DNA from: Myxococcota bacterium
GTDB taxonomy: Bacteria; Myxococcota_A; SURF-8
Reading direction: 5' to 3'
Length of the DNA: 64,000 nucleotides
NCBI GenBank assembly: GCA_965140415.1
Contig: OZ223209.1
Location: 4,160,001-4,224,000 of the forward strand
Shown here: one piece after another, positions 50,033 to 59,952 of the stretch
How the letters are laid out: each line of letters opens with the position of its first letter
Position numbering within the stretch: the first letter of the stretch is position 1
Notes under the pieces: model-generated
The model's input: only the letters and a program-made list of their open reading frames with translations
What the model was told of the DNA's origin: nothing
Database searches by the model: none
Program-made: the position numbers and the translations under genes

Positions 50033-50518
50033 ATGATCGTTAACGAAAAAAGAGAAACCTATGACGGCGCCTGGCGGGTAGTGATGTTCAAACCCGATGA
50101 ACATGGCCGTTGCCACCCCGAACTGGCCAAAACCGAGTTGGATGAAAACATCGATGAATTTTTCATCCAGCGGGCGGAAATGTTCGATCGGTTACGCCAG
50201 CAACTGATCGCAGGCGAAATCAGCCCGATTCATTTCTTCATGGAATACCAGGCCATGACCGCTCGCGACCTGGCCTCCCGTATGAAGATAAGCCCTCGGC
50301 AAATCAACAAACACATGACCCCCAAAGGTTTTGAAGGAATTTCCGTAGGTTTGTTGCGGCAGTATGCAAAAATCTTCGATATCTGCCTGAGTGATTTCTT
50401 CCAGTTTCTCTATGTACCGGATCAGCTTTCCATTACCGTGTCCCGGCATAATGGCCGTCTTCTCGAACAGATCGAGATTCAACCAGAGACCAACAACGAA
50501 GAAACGGTCAAGCTGTGA
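50033..50518 (+). CDS. XRE-like HTH protein of dialkylresorcinol-type clusters
   Basis: GEISPIHFFME...M...DLA.......I.KHM.P..F......L..YA..F. Confidence 0.65.
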   Translation: MIVNEKRETYDGAWRVVMFKPDEHGRCHPELAKTELDENIDEFFIQRAEMFDRLRQQLIAGEISPIHFFMEYQAMTARDLASRMKISPRQINKHMTPKGFEGISVGLLRQYAKIFDICLSDFFQFLYVPDQLSITVSRHNGRLLEQIEIQPETNNEETVKL

Positions 50519-51594
50519 AAACCATACCGAATTATACACATCAAGTCGCTTCCCACTGCGAAAGCGGCAGTTTGCGCAACCTGCTGCATCATTCCGGATT
50601 GTCGCTTTTCGAGCCGATGATCTTCGGTCTGGGCAGCGGTCCGGCTTTCTTTTACCTGTTCTTCGCTAAAGGACCAAGCTCCTTTCCGTTGATCGGGATT
50701 CGAAACCAGCCGGGGAAAATATTCAAGAATATCGGTCAACTGTTAAACATACGGATGACATTCACTTCCGGCAAGAAAACGCAGCAGGCAAGACAGGCCG
50801 TCGATGAACTACTGGCCAAGGGCGTTCCCGTGGCGGTGTGGGTGGATATGTTCTACATGAAATACCTGCCCTCGTTTCTGCGCGTACATGCCCCGTTCCA
50901 CTTCATTCTACTGGTCGGCAAGCAGGGCGATTACTACGCGGTCAGCGATCCCTATTTCGAAAAAATCGGCAAGTTGCACGCAGACGACCTGGAGGCAGCC
51001 TGGGCGACCCACGCACCGCTAACCAAGGATAACTTTTACGCGACCATCGAAGAAATTCCCCAGCAGTTGGATATCAAAGGCGCAGCGAAGAAAGCCATCG
51101 AAGCCACCTGCAAAAACATGATCCTGCCGCCAGTGATCAATCGCCTGTTCTTTTTCGTCGGTATCCAAGGAATGCGTACTTACGCCGCCAAAATCCTGGA
51201 ATGGTCCAAAACCTACCATGGAGCCGTGCTGCGCGATGGCATGATGTTCAACGCCATCGGCTTTGAAGACCAGGGAACCGGTGGCGGCGCCTTTAGGCTG
51301 ATGTACGGAGAATTTCTACACGAAATCGGCGACCTGTATGATTCCCAGAAGTTACATGAACTGGCAACCCGCATGGTCGAGCATGGCAAATGCTGGCGTA
51401 CGGCTTCGCGGCAGATCGTAAAAACGGCGAAACCGATTCCAATCCATGACACCGACTTCGACGACTGGTTTTCCCAGAATCGAACGGAACTGGAAAACGG
51501 TCTACAGGAAATCAGCCGCTTGTTTTTGGAACGGGCGGAATTTGAAGAAGGCTTCTTCAAAGAATTGCGGCAAGTCGCCAAAGAACTGAAATAA
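50515..51594 (+). CDS. BtrH N-terminal / DUF4872 papain-like protein
   Basis: HCESG...LL, MIFGLGSG, HFILLVG...VSDP, EDQGTGGGAFRLMY. Confidence 0.85.
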   Translation: MKTIPNYTHQVASHCESGSLRNLLHHSGLSLFEPMIFGLGSGPAFFYLFFAKGPSSFPLIGIRNQPGKIFKNIGQLLNIRMTFTSGKKTQQARQAVDELLAKGVPVAVWVDMFYMKYLPSFLRVHAPFHFILLVGKQGDYYAVSDPYFEKIGKLHADDLEAAWATHAPLTKDNFYATIEEIPQQLDIKGAAKKAIEATCKNMILPPVINRLFFFVGIQGMRTYAAKILEWSKTYHGAVLRDGMMFNAIGFEDQGTGGGAFRLMYGEFLHEIGDLYDSQKLHELATRMVEHGKCWRTASRQIVKTAKPIPIHDTDFDDWFSQNRTELENGLQEISRLFLERAEFEEGFFKELRQVAKELK

Positions 51595-51648
51595 GCTCGT
51601 AGGTTGTAACTCGAAACAGAACCCGTAACACAGGAACCAGATCGAATC

Positions 51649-53481
51649 ATGCCGAATTACCAAGAGTGGTGGAGTGCCTGGGCTCCCTACTGGGATCAGA
51701 TTGAAAATCGCCATTTCAGCCTTCGTTCCATCGAACAAATGCTGGACGGCGTAGTCAGTCCCGTTTTGGTCGTCGGCGCGGGTCAGGGCTTGATCGTAGA
51801 TTTCCTGCAACAAAAAGGACATGACGTCAAGGGCTTGGATGTCGATGCCGAAATGGTCGAACTGGCTCGCGAGCGTCGCGGTCTGGACATGTTTCTGGCA
51901 GACGCCAAAGACCTGCCGATCGACGACAACCAGTACAAAACCGTCATCCTTTCTTCCGGTGTGGTCGATTATCAGAATGACCCGGAAGTGATCCGCCAGA
52001 TTTTAACCGAAGCGATTCGTGTAACCATGCCCTTCGGCAACATTTTCATGGCTTTCTATCAATTGTCTCCGGTGATGGAAAGCGTGTACCGCAATCTGGG
52101 TGTGATCAAATCCGGCGTGTACCACATGAATCGAATTTTCGAGTTGAACGATCTGATCCCCAAAGGGCCGCTTGCCTGCGTCAAGCAGATCCAGCAATGG
52201 ACCGGCGGTGGATTTCTACCGACAATGCTGTACTGGGCGCGACTCGGCATTGCGCTGCCCAAAGAATTGAAGCAGGAAAACGACCTGATGTCGGGCATCT
52301 TTCGTCAAGCCGAGGCGGAAGGCAAGGATCTGAGCCTGCTGACGAAGCACGCTCCTCGCGACGTTCCCTATCGCAAGGAAACCGAAATCTACGAGTTGCT
52401 GCGAAGTATCGACATAGCGCACCATGAAACCCTACGCAGCCTCGACTGTCTGACCCTGCGACATTACAAGTCCAGCCTGACGCAAAGCTCGCAGGGACAA
52501 GCACCTACAAAGGAGCAAGGGGAAAGCGACTGGATCATCCGAACGTCGAACCTGTCTAAATCCTACGCGGGTGCAAAAAAAAAAGCGGTTGACGGCGTAA
52601 GCCTGACCGTAGCGCGAGGCAGCATTCAAGGCATTCTCGGCCCCAACGGCGCAGGAAAAACGACTACGCTTTCCATGCTATGCGGTCTGCTCTCTCCCGA
52701 TGCAGGTAGCGTTGAGTTCGCCGACGGATTACGTCGTCGACAGATGCGCCGTATGCTGGGCTTCGTTCCGCAAGATCTGGCGCTGTACCCCGGCCTGACC
52801 GGGCAGGAGAATTTGCAGTTCTTTGGCCGCCTGTACCAAATTACAGGAAAAGCACTTGCCGCACGCATTGAGGAATTACTGGCGATGGTCGGTCTTAGCG
52901 ACCGGGCACACGATCCGGTGCGACGCTATTCCACCGGCATGATGCGCCGTTTGAACCTGGCAGCGGGATTGATTCACGATCCACAGCTTCTACTGCTCGA
53001 CGAGCCGACCGTCGGCATCGACCCGCAATCGCGCAACTGCATTTACGAAGCGGTGCTGGAGTTGAAGCGAGCCGGAGTTACGGTGCTTTACACTACGCAC
53101 TATATGGAAGAAGCCACAAAGCTCTGTGACCGCATCGCCATCATGGATCATGGTCGAATCGTATTCGAAGGCGATCCCCGGCAATCGGTACGCGACTATG
53201 GCCGCCTGTGCATCGATTTCGATGCGAAACAGGACGTTCAGCCGCTGCAAAAGCACCTGATCGAACAGGGATTGGTTTTACATGCAGAAATCATAGACGG
53301 CGGACTTTCGGTGTACACCGGAGCGGATACACCCGCTTTAGACGTCATTCATCGCATCACGCAGATCGCAGACGAGTTCGACAGTCCACTTTCCTTGCGC
53401 AAGATTACGGAACCAAGCCTGGAGGGGCTCTTTTTGGATATCACCGGTCGGCGCCTGCGCGACCGAACGGACGAGGCATAA
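51649..53481 (+). CDS. Fusion of a class I methyltransferase and an ABC ATPase
   Basis: VLVVGAGQG...GLDVD in the N-terminal part; GPNGAGKTT, YSTGM, LLLDEPT in the C-terminal part; one open frame. Confidence 0.88.
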   Translation: MPNYQEWWSAWAPYWDQIENRHFSLRSIEQMLDGVVSPVLVVGAGQGLIVDFLQQKGHDVKGLDVDAEMVELARERRGLDMFLADAKDLPIDDNQYKTVILSSGVVDYQNDPEVIRQILTEAIRVTMPFGNIFMAFYQLSPVMESVYRNLGVIKSGVYHMNRIFELNDLIPKGPLACVKQIQQWTGGGFLPTMLYWARLGIALPKELKQENDLMSGIFRQAEAEGKDLSLLTKHAPRDVPYRKETEIYELLRSIDIAHHETLRSLDCLTLRHYKSSLTQSSQGQAPTKEQGESDWIIRTSNLSKSYAGAKKKAVDGVSLTVARGSIQGILGPNGAGKTTTLSMLCGLLSPDAGSVEFADGLRRRQMRRMLGFVPQDLALYPGLTGQENLQFFGRLYQITGKALAARIEELLAMVGLSDRAHDPVRRYSTGMMRRLNLAAGLIHDPQLLLLDEPTVGIDPQSRNCIYEAVLELKRAGVTVLYTTHYMEEATKLCDRIAIMDHGRIVFEGDPRQSVRDYGRLCIDFDAKQDVQPLQKHLIEQGLVLHAEIIDGGLSVYTGADTPALDVIHRITQIADEFDSPLSLRKITEPSLEGLFLDITGRRLRDRTDEA

Positions 53482-53488
53482 GCACAGC

Positions 53489-54694
53489 ATGACGCAGATT
53501 CTGGCAATCGCAATCAAGGAACTGAAACTGCTCATCCGCGATCCGGGTGGCTTGTTGATGCTGTTCGTGCTACCCGCGATCTTTATCCTCGTATTGTCCA
53601 TTGCATTGCAAGGCGCGTTTTCCTCGCTCAGTTCCAGCGAACGGCTGGACGTGCTGGTCGTAAATCAGGACGAAGACGGCATCGGCGAGAAGATCATCGA
53701 AGCCCTGGATAGGACCGGCTACTTTCGCCTGCTTACCGAAGTAGACGGCAAAGCCTTGACTCGCGAAAGTGCAAAAGAGAAGCTGTCTCACGGACATTAT
53801 CAAATCGCCGTGTTCATTCCTGCGGAAGCCACAGAGGCATTGGCTTTTAAAAAAGAAGCCTATATCGAAATTCTAGTGGACCCGGTACTGAGCGCCGAAT
53901 TCGCCACCGCCGTACAAAAAACGGTGCAGAGCATCGTGTATGTCTCCATGATCGGCTTAACCCGCTCGGGCGGCATGCCGATTTCGGTGAAAGAAGCCAG
54001 CGAAGAATACGTCACCACCCACGGACTGATCGTCGAACAACGCTACACCTCGGCGCAAGGCAAGGAAATCACGCCTAATTCGGTACAGCAGAACGTCCCA
54101 GGCTGGACCGTCTTCGCCCTTTTCTGGATCGCGCAGATCCTGGCCATAAACCTGATTACGGAACGACTTACCGGAGCTTATGCCCGTATTCTCGTCGCGC
54201 CGATGAGCCTGCTGCAATACCTGCTTGGAAAGATTCTGCCCTTTTTCCTGATCAACCTGCTTCAAGCCGCGCTGATGTTCGCCATCGGTATTTACGTACT
54301 GCCCTGGCTGGGCGCACCCAGGCTTGAAATTCAAAATCCGGGCGGCGTGATGCTGCTCACGGTCGCCATTTCCTTCGTTTCCATCAGCTTCGGTCTTTTT
54401 CTGGCAGCCATCAGCCGATCCAGCTTCATGGTTGCCTCTATTTCCGCCGCCGCGCTGATTATTATGACGGTCATCGGTGGCATCATGGTGCCAAAATTCG
54501 TAATGCCTGCCTTCATGCAGCAGATGAGCCTGGTCGTTCCTCATGGCTGGGCTTTAGACGGCTACCTGAATCTGCTGGTTCGCCATTATGCCACGGAAGA
54601 TATTCTGCCTATTGTTGGGGTTCTGTGCCTGTATGCACTCGGCTTTTTCCTAGTGGCGCTCTTACGTTTCATGACCATGAAACCGGTACGCTGA
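53489..54694 (+). CDS. ABC-2 type exporter permease
   Basis: KELKLLIRDPGGL..LFVLP; PNSVQQNVPGW; six TM segments. Confidence 0.92.
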   Translation: MTQILAIAIKELKLLIRDPGGLLMLFVLPAIFILVLSIALQGAFSSLSSSERLDVLVVNQDEDGIGEKIIEALDRTGYFRLLTEVDGKALTRESAKEKLSHGHYQIAVFIPAEATEALAFKKEAYIEILVDPVLSAEFATAVQKTVQSIVYVSMIGLTRSGGMPISVKEASEEYVTTHGLIVEQRYTSAQGKEITPNSVQQNVPGWTVFALFWIAQILAINLITERLTGAYARILVAPMSLLQYLLGKILPFFLINLLQAALMFAIGIYVLPWLGAPRLEIQNPGGVMLLTVAISFVSISFGLFLAAISRSSFMVASISAAALIIMTVIGGIMVPKFVMPAFMQQMSLVVPHGWALDGYLNLLVRHYATEDILPIVGVLCLYALGFFLVALLRFMTMKPVR

Positions 54695-54708
54695 TCCCTA
54701 ATAATTCT

Positions 54709-55320
54709 CTAAACTGGTATCGCCTGCATCAATTCTTCCGGATCCGGTAAAACGTGTCGCCGCAAGGCAATCAACAACAAAACAGGCAACAAAATGGGAG
54801 CCGCTACCGAAGAGAAAAGCAACTCAAAACCGAGTTGGCCTTTATCGGGAGTCAGTCCGGTGAGACGCGCCAACAGGGCGTCGAAGGTATTTCCCGCCAG
54901 GTTGGCAACATAAATCATGCGTAAAAAGGCTTGAATTGCTTCGGCTTTGGGCTGGCCGTACATGGCGATAAGTTCCTGGATTCTCTGCTCATCGGGTTGA
55001 CCGCCGCTCCTGGCGAAATGTCGAGCAAATTCCACTGCGGAGATTTCCTCTTCTGGCAAGCCTGCATACAGGTCACCACGCAATAATGCTTTGATGGTCT
55101 CGGTTTCGACACCAGCGCAGCGCGCCCAATGCGCGTGAACGAACGCGCAATAACGGCAATCATTCACCCCGGTTTCGGCCAGCATGATCTTTTCCCGGAA
55201 ATCCGCAGGAAGCGTCTTCGAAACCACCGCTTTCAGTATTCCGGGGACAGTCCGAGCCAGGCGGCTTCCATCGCTTGCAAAACTTGCCAGCGTATACATC
55301 GGCTTTTTGTAGCGTCCCAT
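54709..55320 (-). CDS. AhpD/carboxymuconolactone decarboxylase family protein
   Basis: REKIMLA.TGVNDCRYCAFVH. Confidence 0.85.
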   Translation of the reverse strand: MGRYKKPMYTLASFASDGSRLARTVPGILKAVVSKTLPADFREKIMLAETGVNDCRYCAFVHAHWARCAGVETETIKALLRGDLYAGLPEEEISAVEFARHFARSGGQPDEQRIQELIAMYGQPKAEAIQAFLRMIYVANLAGNTFDALLARLTGLTPDKGQLGFELLFSSVAAPILLPVLLLIALRRHVLPDPEELMQAIPV

Positions 55321-55532
55321 ACCAGTCCCCTTTCACGTTCAAATCAACCCATATTCGAACTATCCTAAAAGCAATGCTCGATACGGTCAAGGACGTAAAA
55401 CAAGATCATGACATTTTCAAGTCATTTCATCATGTTCGACGAGTGGGAATAGGACGCAGGCGAAAGCTCTCTATGCATACAACAACGACAGTCCATGTGT
55501 GACAGGTCGAAAACAGCGCATCAAGGAGGCTT

Positions 55533-55943
55533 ATGATGAGCTTACAACAATATTTTTCAACGACTGAAGGTTTGGGAATCCTATCCACTGCGGATGAAAA
55601 TGGGCAACCCAATGCAGCGGTCTTTTCCAGACCGCACGTCATCGACGAGCAGACCGTGGCGTTTATCATGGCGCCCAGAAAAAGCAAGGAAAACGTAAGC
55701 CGTACGAACAAGGCCTGCTTCCTGTTCAAGGAAGACAGCCAGGGATACAAAGGCAAACGGCTTTATCTGACGAAAGTCTCCGAAGTAACGGATACTGCAC
55801 AGGTCGATGAATTCCGCAGGCTGCACAGCAAGAGAAATTACGAGCGTTACAAGGATCTAAAATCTTCGGTCGTGACCTTCCACGTAGACCGGGTATTACC
55901 CTTAATTGGAGACGGCGTCCGCGATGCCGAGCATCACGGCTGA
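55533..55943 (+). CDS. Pyridoxamine 5'-phosphate oxidase-like protein
   Basis: GILSTADENGQPNAAVFSRP; YKGKRLYL. Confidence 0.85.
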   Translation: MMSLQQYFSTTEGLGILSTADENGQPNAAVFSRPHVIDEQTVAFIMAPRKSKENVSRTNKACFLFKEDSQGYKGKRLYLTKVSEVTDTAQVDEFRRLHSKRNYERYKDLKSSVVTFHVDRVLPLIGDGVRDAEHHG

Positions 55944-56902
55944 TTCCGAGCGCAGCGCAGACCGACCGTACCGGGAACGGGGGGTTGGCTCCAAGTGCGA
56001 TTGCTGACACGTAATTTGTCGCGGTAGCCGTCCCAGCAACCGCCCCTCAAGCCGGGATGGCTGCAATCGCCACCGCTCCATACCTCCCCATTTGAGGGGG
56101 CGCCGGTATAGGAATCGTGGCGGCAATCCTGTACCCACTCGAACACATTGCCCAGCATATCGAACAAACCGAAATCGTTGGCCTGTTTCTGTCCAACCGG
56201 TTGACTGCTACCTTGCGCGGTGTCGAAGTACCAGGCGATACCATCCAGACAGGTGTTATCGTTTCCGCAGTAATACTTATCCGTGCTGCCCGCTCGGGCG
56301 GCATATTCCCACTCCGCCTCGCTGGGCAATCGCGCATCAAGCAACAGGCAAAAATCTTGTGCCTGCTGCCAATCCACACCCTCAACGGGACAGTTCGGGC
56401 AATTCAAGAAATTACTGGGATTCTCTCCGGTCAATGCGACATATTGCGCCTGGGTCACTTCCGTGCGTAAAAGCTCAAATGCATTGACAGAAACCGTGTG
56501 ACGCGGGTATTCATCCGAGGGACAATCGAAATCCGTGATCGAACACCCCATCTCGAAATCACCTGTCGGAATCGGCACCCAATCGAAAACCGGCGCTTCG
56601 CCTTCTTCTACTTCCTTCTCCGACTCTCGCTCGGCATATTCCTCTTCCAGTTCGACTGCTTCCATGAGGTCTGCATCCTCCACGGAATCCAGGATATCCT
56701 CATCCCCACCGGATTCACTCCGGTCAAGATCCGCCACTTCCTCCAACTCGGAATCTCCCTGTTGCGCAACCGATTCTCCCTCGGCATCAAAATCACCAGC
56801 CAAGGGATCGGAATCACTCGAACATCCAACCATTGCAATCAGCAACAACAGCAGTCCCGGAAACAGCACATAATTCATCGATTTCATCCGATTGACTCCC
56901 AT
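55934..56902 (-). CDS. FGE-sulfatase domain lipoprotein
   Basis: MVGC lipobox; TEVTQAQY, RLPSEAEWEYAARAG, FGLFDMLGNVFEW, VGLRCAR. Confidence 0.9.
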   Translation of the reverse strand: MGVNRMKSMNYVLFPGLLLLLIAMVGCSSDSDPLAGDFDAEGESVAQQGDSELEEVADLDRSESGGDEDILDSVEDADLMEAVELEEEYAERESEKEVEEGEAPVFDWVPIPTGDFEMGCSITDFDCPSDEYPRHTVSVNAFELLRTEVTQAQYVALTGENPSNFLNCPNCPVEGVDWQQAQDFCLLLDARLPSEAEWEYAARAGSTDKYYCGNDNTCLDGIAWYFDTAQGSSQPVGQKQANDFGLFDMLGNVFEWVQDCRHDSYTGAPSNGEVWSGGDCSHPGLRGGCWDGYRDKLRVSNRTWSQPPVPGTVGLRCARNQP

Positions 56903-57048
56903 GATTCACCACACCTCAGCATGTCTCGCCGATATAAGAAAACGCAGTATAGCACAATCCCCAAAACCTTCTTATTGCTTTGCCTACTTGCGATAAATAC
57001 AACAAGTCGCTATGCTTTATCGGCAGACAATGCAAAGGAGCAGTCGCC

Positions 57049-57537
57049 ATGACGCCAAAACCATTTCTGTTTTGTCCACTTTGTACCACCGAACTGCAAA
57101 TGCTCTCCATTCACGGAGAGATGCGCCTGGCCTGCCCTGCCCCCGACTGCGAATTCGTACATTGGGACAATCCGACTCCTATCGTGGCCGCCATCGTAGA
57201 ACACAACAAGCACATCATTCTCGCACGCAACAAACAGTGGCCGGAAAAAATGTTCGGCCTGATCACAGGCTTTCTGGAAAAAAATGAAGATCCGAAAATC
57301 GGCGTGCTGCGAGAAGTCAAGGAAGAACTCGGGCTGGATGGCGACATCGTAGACTTGGTCGGCCTGTACATCTCCAGGCGCATGAACCAGTTGATTATCG
57401 CCTATCATGTAAAAGCATGGGGAGAGATCGTTCTTGGCGAGGAACTAGTGGAAGCCAAAGCCATTTCACCAGAAAAGCTGAAGCCCTGGCCGTTTGGAAC
57501 CGGTCGCGCGGTTGCAGACTGGCTGAGCCGGCGATAA
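57049..57537 (+). CDS. NUDIX hydrolase with zinc ribbon
   Basis: FCPLC...CPAPDC; GFLEKNEDPKIGVLREVKEELG. Confidence 0.92.
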   Translation: MTPKPFLFCPLCTTELQMLSIHGEMRLACPAPDCEFVHWDNPTPIVAAIVEHNKHIILARNKQWPEKMFGLITGFLEKNEDPKIGVLREVKEELGLDGDIVDLVGLYISRRMNQLIIAYHVKAWGEIVLGEELVEAKAISPEKLKPWPFGTGRAVADWLSRR

Positions 57538-57588
57538 CCACACATGACAAACGATATCAACGAGTCATCTCCTTCTGAGGTGACTCTC

Positions 57589-58674
57589 CTATAACCGATA
57601 GCGCACGGCCAACCCAAGTGCCGCTATCCACGCCAATAAGGGAGCCAACAGCGCACCAAAAACCGCCGACCAAAGCCCCGCTTCGGCTCCTTGCTTTCCA
57701 ATCGACACAATCAGGAAAAACAGCACTCCCAGTACGGCAGCCAAAGCCACCGTCATCAGCCGAGCCCGGCTTCGGTTCACAAGATCCGCCCGTCGTTCCC
57801 CAAGCGCCAATGCCAATAACACCAACCCAAACGATAAGAAGGGATAACTCATGCGCAGCCAGAACGCCGTCTGGTACGTCAAGCCATCCATCCCCTGTTT
57901 TCGCTTTAATGAAATAGCCTGCCGCAGTTTTGAGAGAGTCATCGTTTCCGCTGCGTCCCAGAGCACCGTGAAGTGATCTTGTGTTTCCTGAAACTCTCGC
58001 AAAACCGCTTTAGCGCGTTCGGCTTCGCTTACGCTGACCAACCACTCAAGCTGCGGGGAATCCATCTTCCAGCCGTTGCGCTCCCATTCCATCGTTTGCG
58101 CCGACCAATGTGCCTGGGAACTCCCTTGGTCATCCATCTCGTACAATTCAACGCCAACCAAGCGCTGCCCGTCGCGACTGTCAATGCGCCATATTCCGCT
58201 TGGTCCGACAAACCACTTGCGATCCATGCGCGTGGAACTCGTCCGGCCCCTACTGTGCTTGATTTGATGATCCATCACGTATCGTGCCTGTCGCTCCGCT
58301 TGCGGAACGACACGTTCTCCCCAACCGAATTGCAATAACGCTGCAAAAAATGCCACAGCAAGAAACGGCAACCAGCGTCGTGCCCTATTCTGTCCCGATG
58401 CACACAGCAACAGCAGTTCCCCGTCTCTGGCCAGTTCCATCCACAACGACAGGACCGCCAGCAAACACGCCAAAGGCAGCAGTTGATAGATTGCCGTTGG
58501 CACACGCGCGCCGATCAATTGCCACAGGGTCGAAAACGGCGCATCATAAGCAAGCAGCAACCGCACACTCTCGATGCAATCGAACAGCAGGTATACGCCC
58601 ACCAAAGCCAACAGGCTCAGCAGCAACTGCAATGAAAAACGCCTGATAATGGCAGTGAAATAAATCAAGACCAT
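57589..58674 (-). CDS. lptG: LptF/LptG family LPS export permease (LptG-like)
   Basis: LLPLACLL, GELLLLCASG; 3+3 TM; second of the pair. Confidence 0.75.
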   Translation of the reverse strand: MVLIYFTAIIRRFSLQLLLSLLALVGVYLLFDCIESVRLLLAYDAPFSTLWQLIGARVPTAIYQLLPLACLLAVLSLWMELARDGELLLLCASGQNRARRWLPFLAVAFFAALLQFGWGERVVPQAERQARYVMDHQIKHSRGRTSSTRMDRKWFVGPSGIWRIDSRDGQRLVGVELYEMDDQGSSQAHWSAQTMEWERNGWKMDSPQLEWLVSVSEAERAKAVLREFQETQDHFTVLWDAAETMTLSKLRQAISLKRKQGMDGLTYQTAFWLRMSYPFLSFGLVLLALALGERRADLVNRSRARLMTVALAAVLGVLFFLIVSIGKQGAEAGLWSAVFGALLAPLLAWIAALGLAVRYRL

Positions 58675-59789
58675 TTCCTTTTGCGCAACCCACCGGCGAG
58701 CAAGATCACCAATAGCAACATTACGGGAACCCAGGAACCGATCTGAGGCGGCAAGACGGCCTTCTCCGCCAGAATCATCCCGAAACGTTCAAGAAGATAG
58801 TAGGCCAGTGCAATCACAGCCGCCAACGCATAAACACCGGTCGATCCAAGATGCCACAGGACGCTTGAAAACAACAAGGAGAGCACGGCAAACAGCGCGA
58901 TTGAAACCGCCGTTGCGTTTCGATGACCGACTTCCCCGGCCATTTTCATGCAAACCGCCATAGAATCCCTCCCGGCCTCATCCGACGTTGCCGCCATGCA
59001 TACTTGCAACCGCTGCCGCAACCGGGACGTGCTGTTTGCCTGCCACTCCGGAAACAGCAAAGGCTGATTCGTACGCCCTGTAAATGACATCAAATCAAGA
59101 TGCAGGCGCTTAAAAGTCGCCGTGCGCGATTCCTTTTCATTACGCCACTGCCAACCGCCCTCGTGCAACCCCAGCACCGGCTCTCCCCGCTCCAGCGTCA
59201 CCCGTGCCTGCTCTGCCCATAGTACCTGGCGCAGACCAGGTCGGCTTTTCGGTTCATAAATCAGAAACGGATGAGACAGCCTCCCATCCTGCTCGACTTG
59301 CCGAACGAAGAGATGCACGTCCTCTCCCAGATCCGTCATTCCCTCCATCGACAGATCCGCAACCACCGAACGCAGCCCTTCGTTGTGTAACAGGGTTTCA
59401 AGTTGCTTCAATGTGCCTGGAACAACCCAATGAGACAACAGCAGGTGGCAGCCAATCGCAAGCAGAGCCGTTATCGACACCGGAACCAGCAAACGCCGCA
59501 ACCCCACACCACTGGCCTGCAAGAAGATCCACTCCCCGTCACGCCGATAGCGCGCAAAAACCGACAGCCAGCCGATCAAGGCCGCCAACGGCAAGGCGGT
59601 TGCAATAAACGCAGGCAACGCCATTATCAGCACTTCAGCCAGGATGGATACCTTTGCCCCACCATGCAACGCCAGCGAATTCAGGCGTCCCAATTGCAGA
59701 ACAAGAATCAACAGGGTAACGATCACGATCGCCAGCGTCGTCACCATACCCCACTCTGCAATAAATGTTCGATTCAGTCGCTTCAACAT
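58665..59789 (-). CDS. lptF: LptF/LptG family LPS export permease (LptF-like)
   Basis: LPAFIATALP, RDGEWIFLQASGVG; 3+3 TM; first of the pair. Confidence 0.78.
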   Translation of the reverse strand: MLKRLNRTFIAEWGMVTTLAIVIVTLLILVLQLGRLNSLALHGGAKVSILAEVLIMALPAFIATALPLAALIGWLSVFARYRRDGEWIFLQASGVGLRRLLVPVSITALLAIGCHLLLSHWVVPGTLKQLETLLHNEGLRSVVADLSMEGMTDLGEDVHLFVRQVEQDGRLSHPFLIYEPKSRPGLRQVLWAEQARVTLERGEPVLGLHEGGWQWRNEKESRTATFKRLHLDLMSFTGRTNQPLLFPEWQANSTSRLRQRLQVCMAATSDEAGRDSMAVCMKMAGEVGHRNATAVSIALFAVLSLLFSSVLWHLGSTGVYALAAVIALAYYLLERFGMILAEKAVLPPQIGSWVPVMLLLVILLAGGLRKRKWS

Positions 59790-59952
59790 GAAAGCACGCT
59801 AGCACGCGCCATTATTTTTTGCAAAACGCCTAAGCTCTCTTTCTTTACGGATTGTCCAAACCGGAAAAAAGATGGACAATCGCCAATTAATTCGGTATGT
59901 TGTGTGCAGCCTAAACAGGGTGCCTTTGAGAATATTCAGGCAAGGGGTCACC

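Noticed and set aside
2357-56902. Diversity-generating retroelement targeting the four FGE domains
   Set aside because: No reverse transcriptase, Avd or adenine-variant template repeat was seen in the window; a trans-acting DGR elsewhere cannot be excluded.
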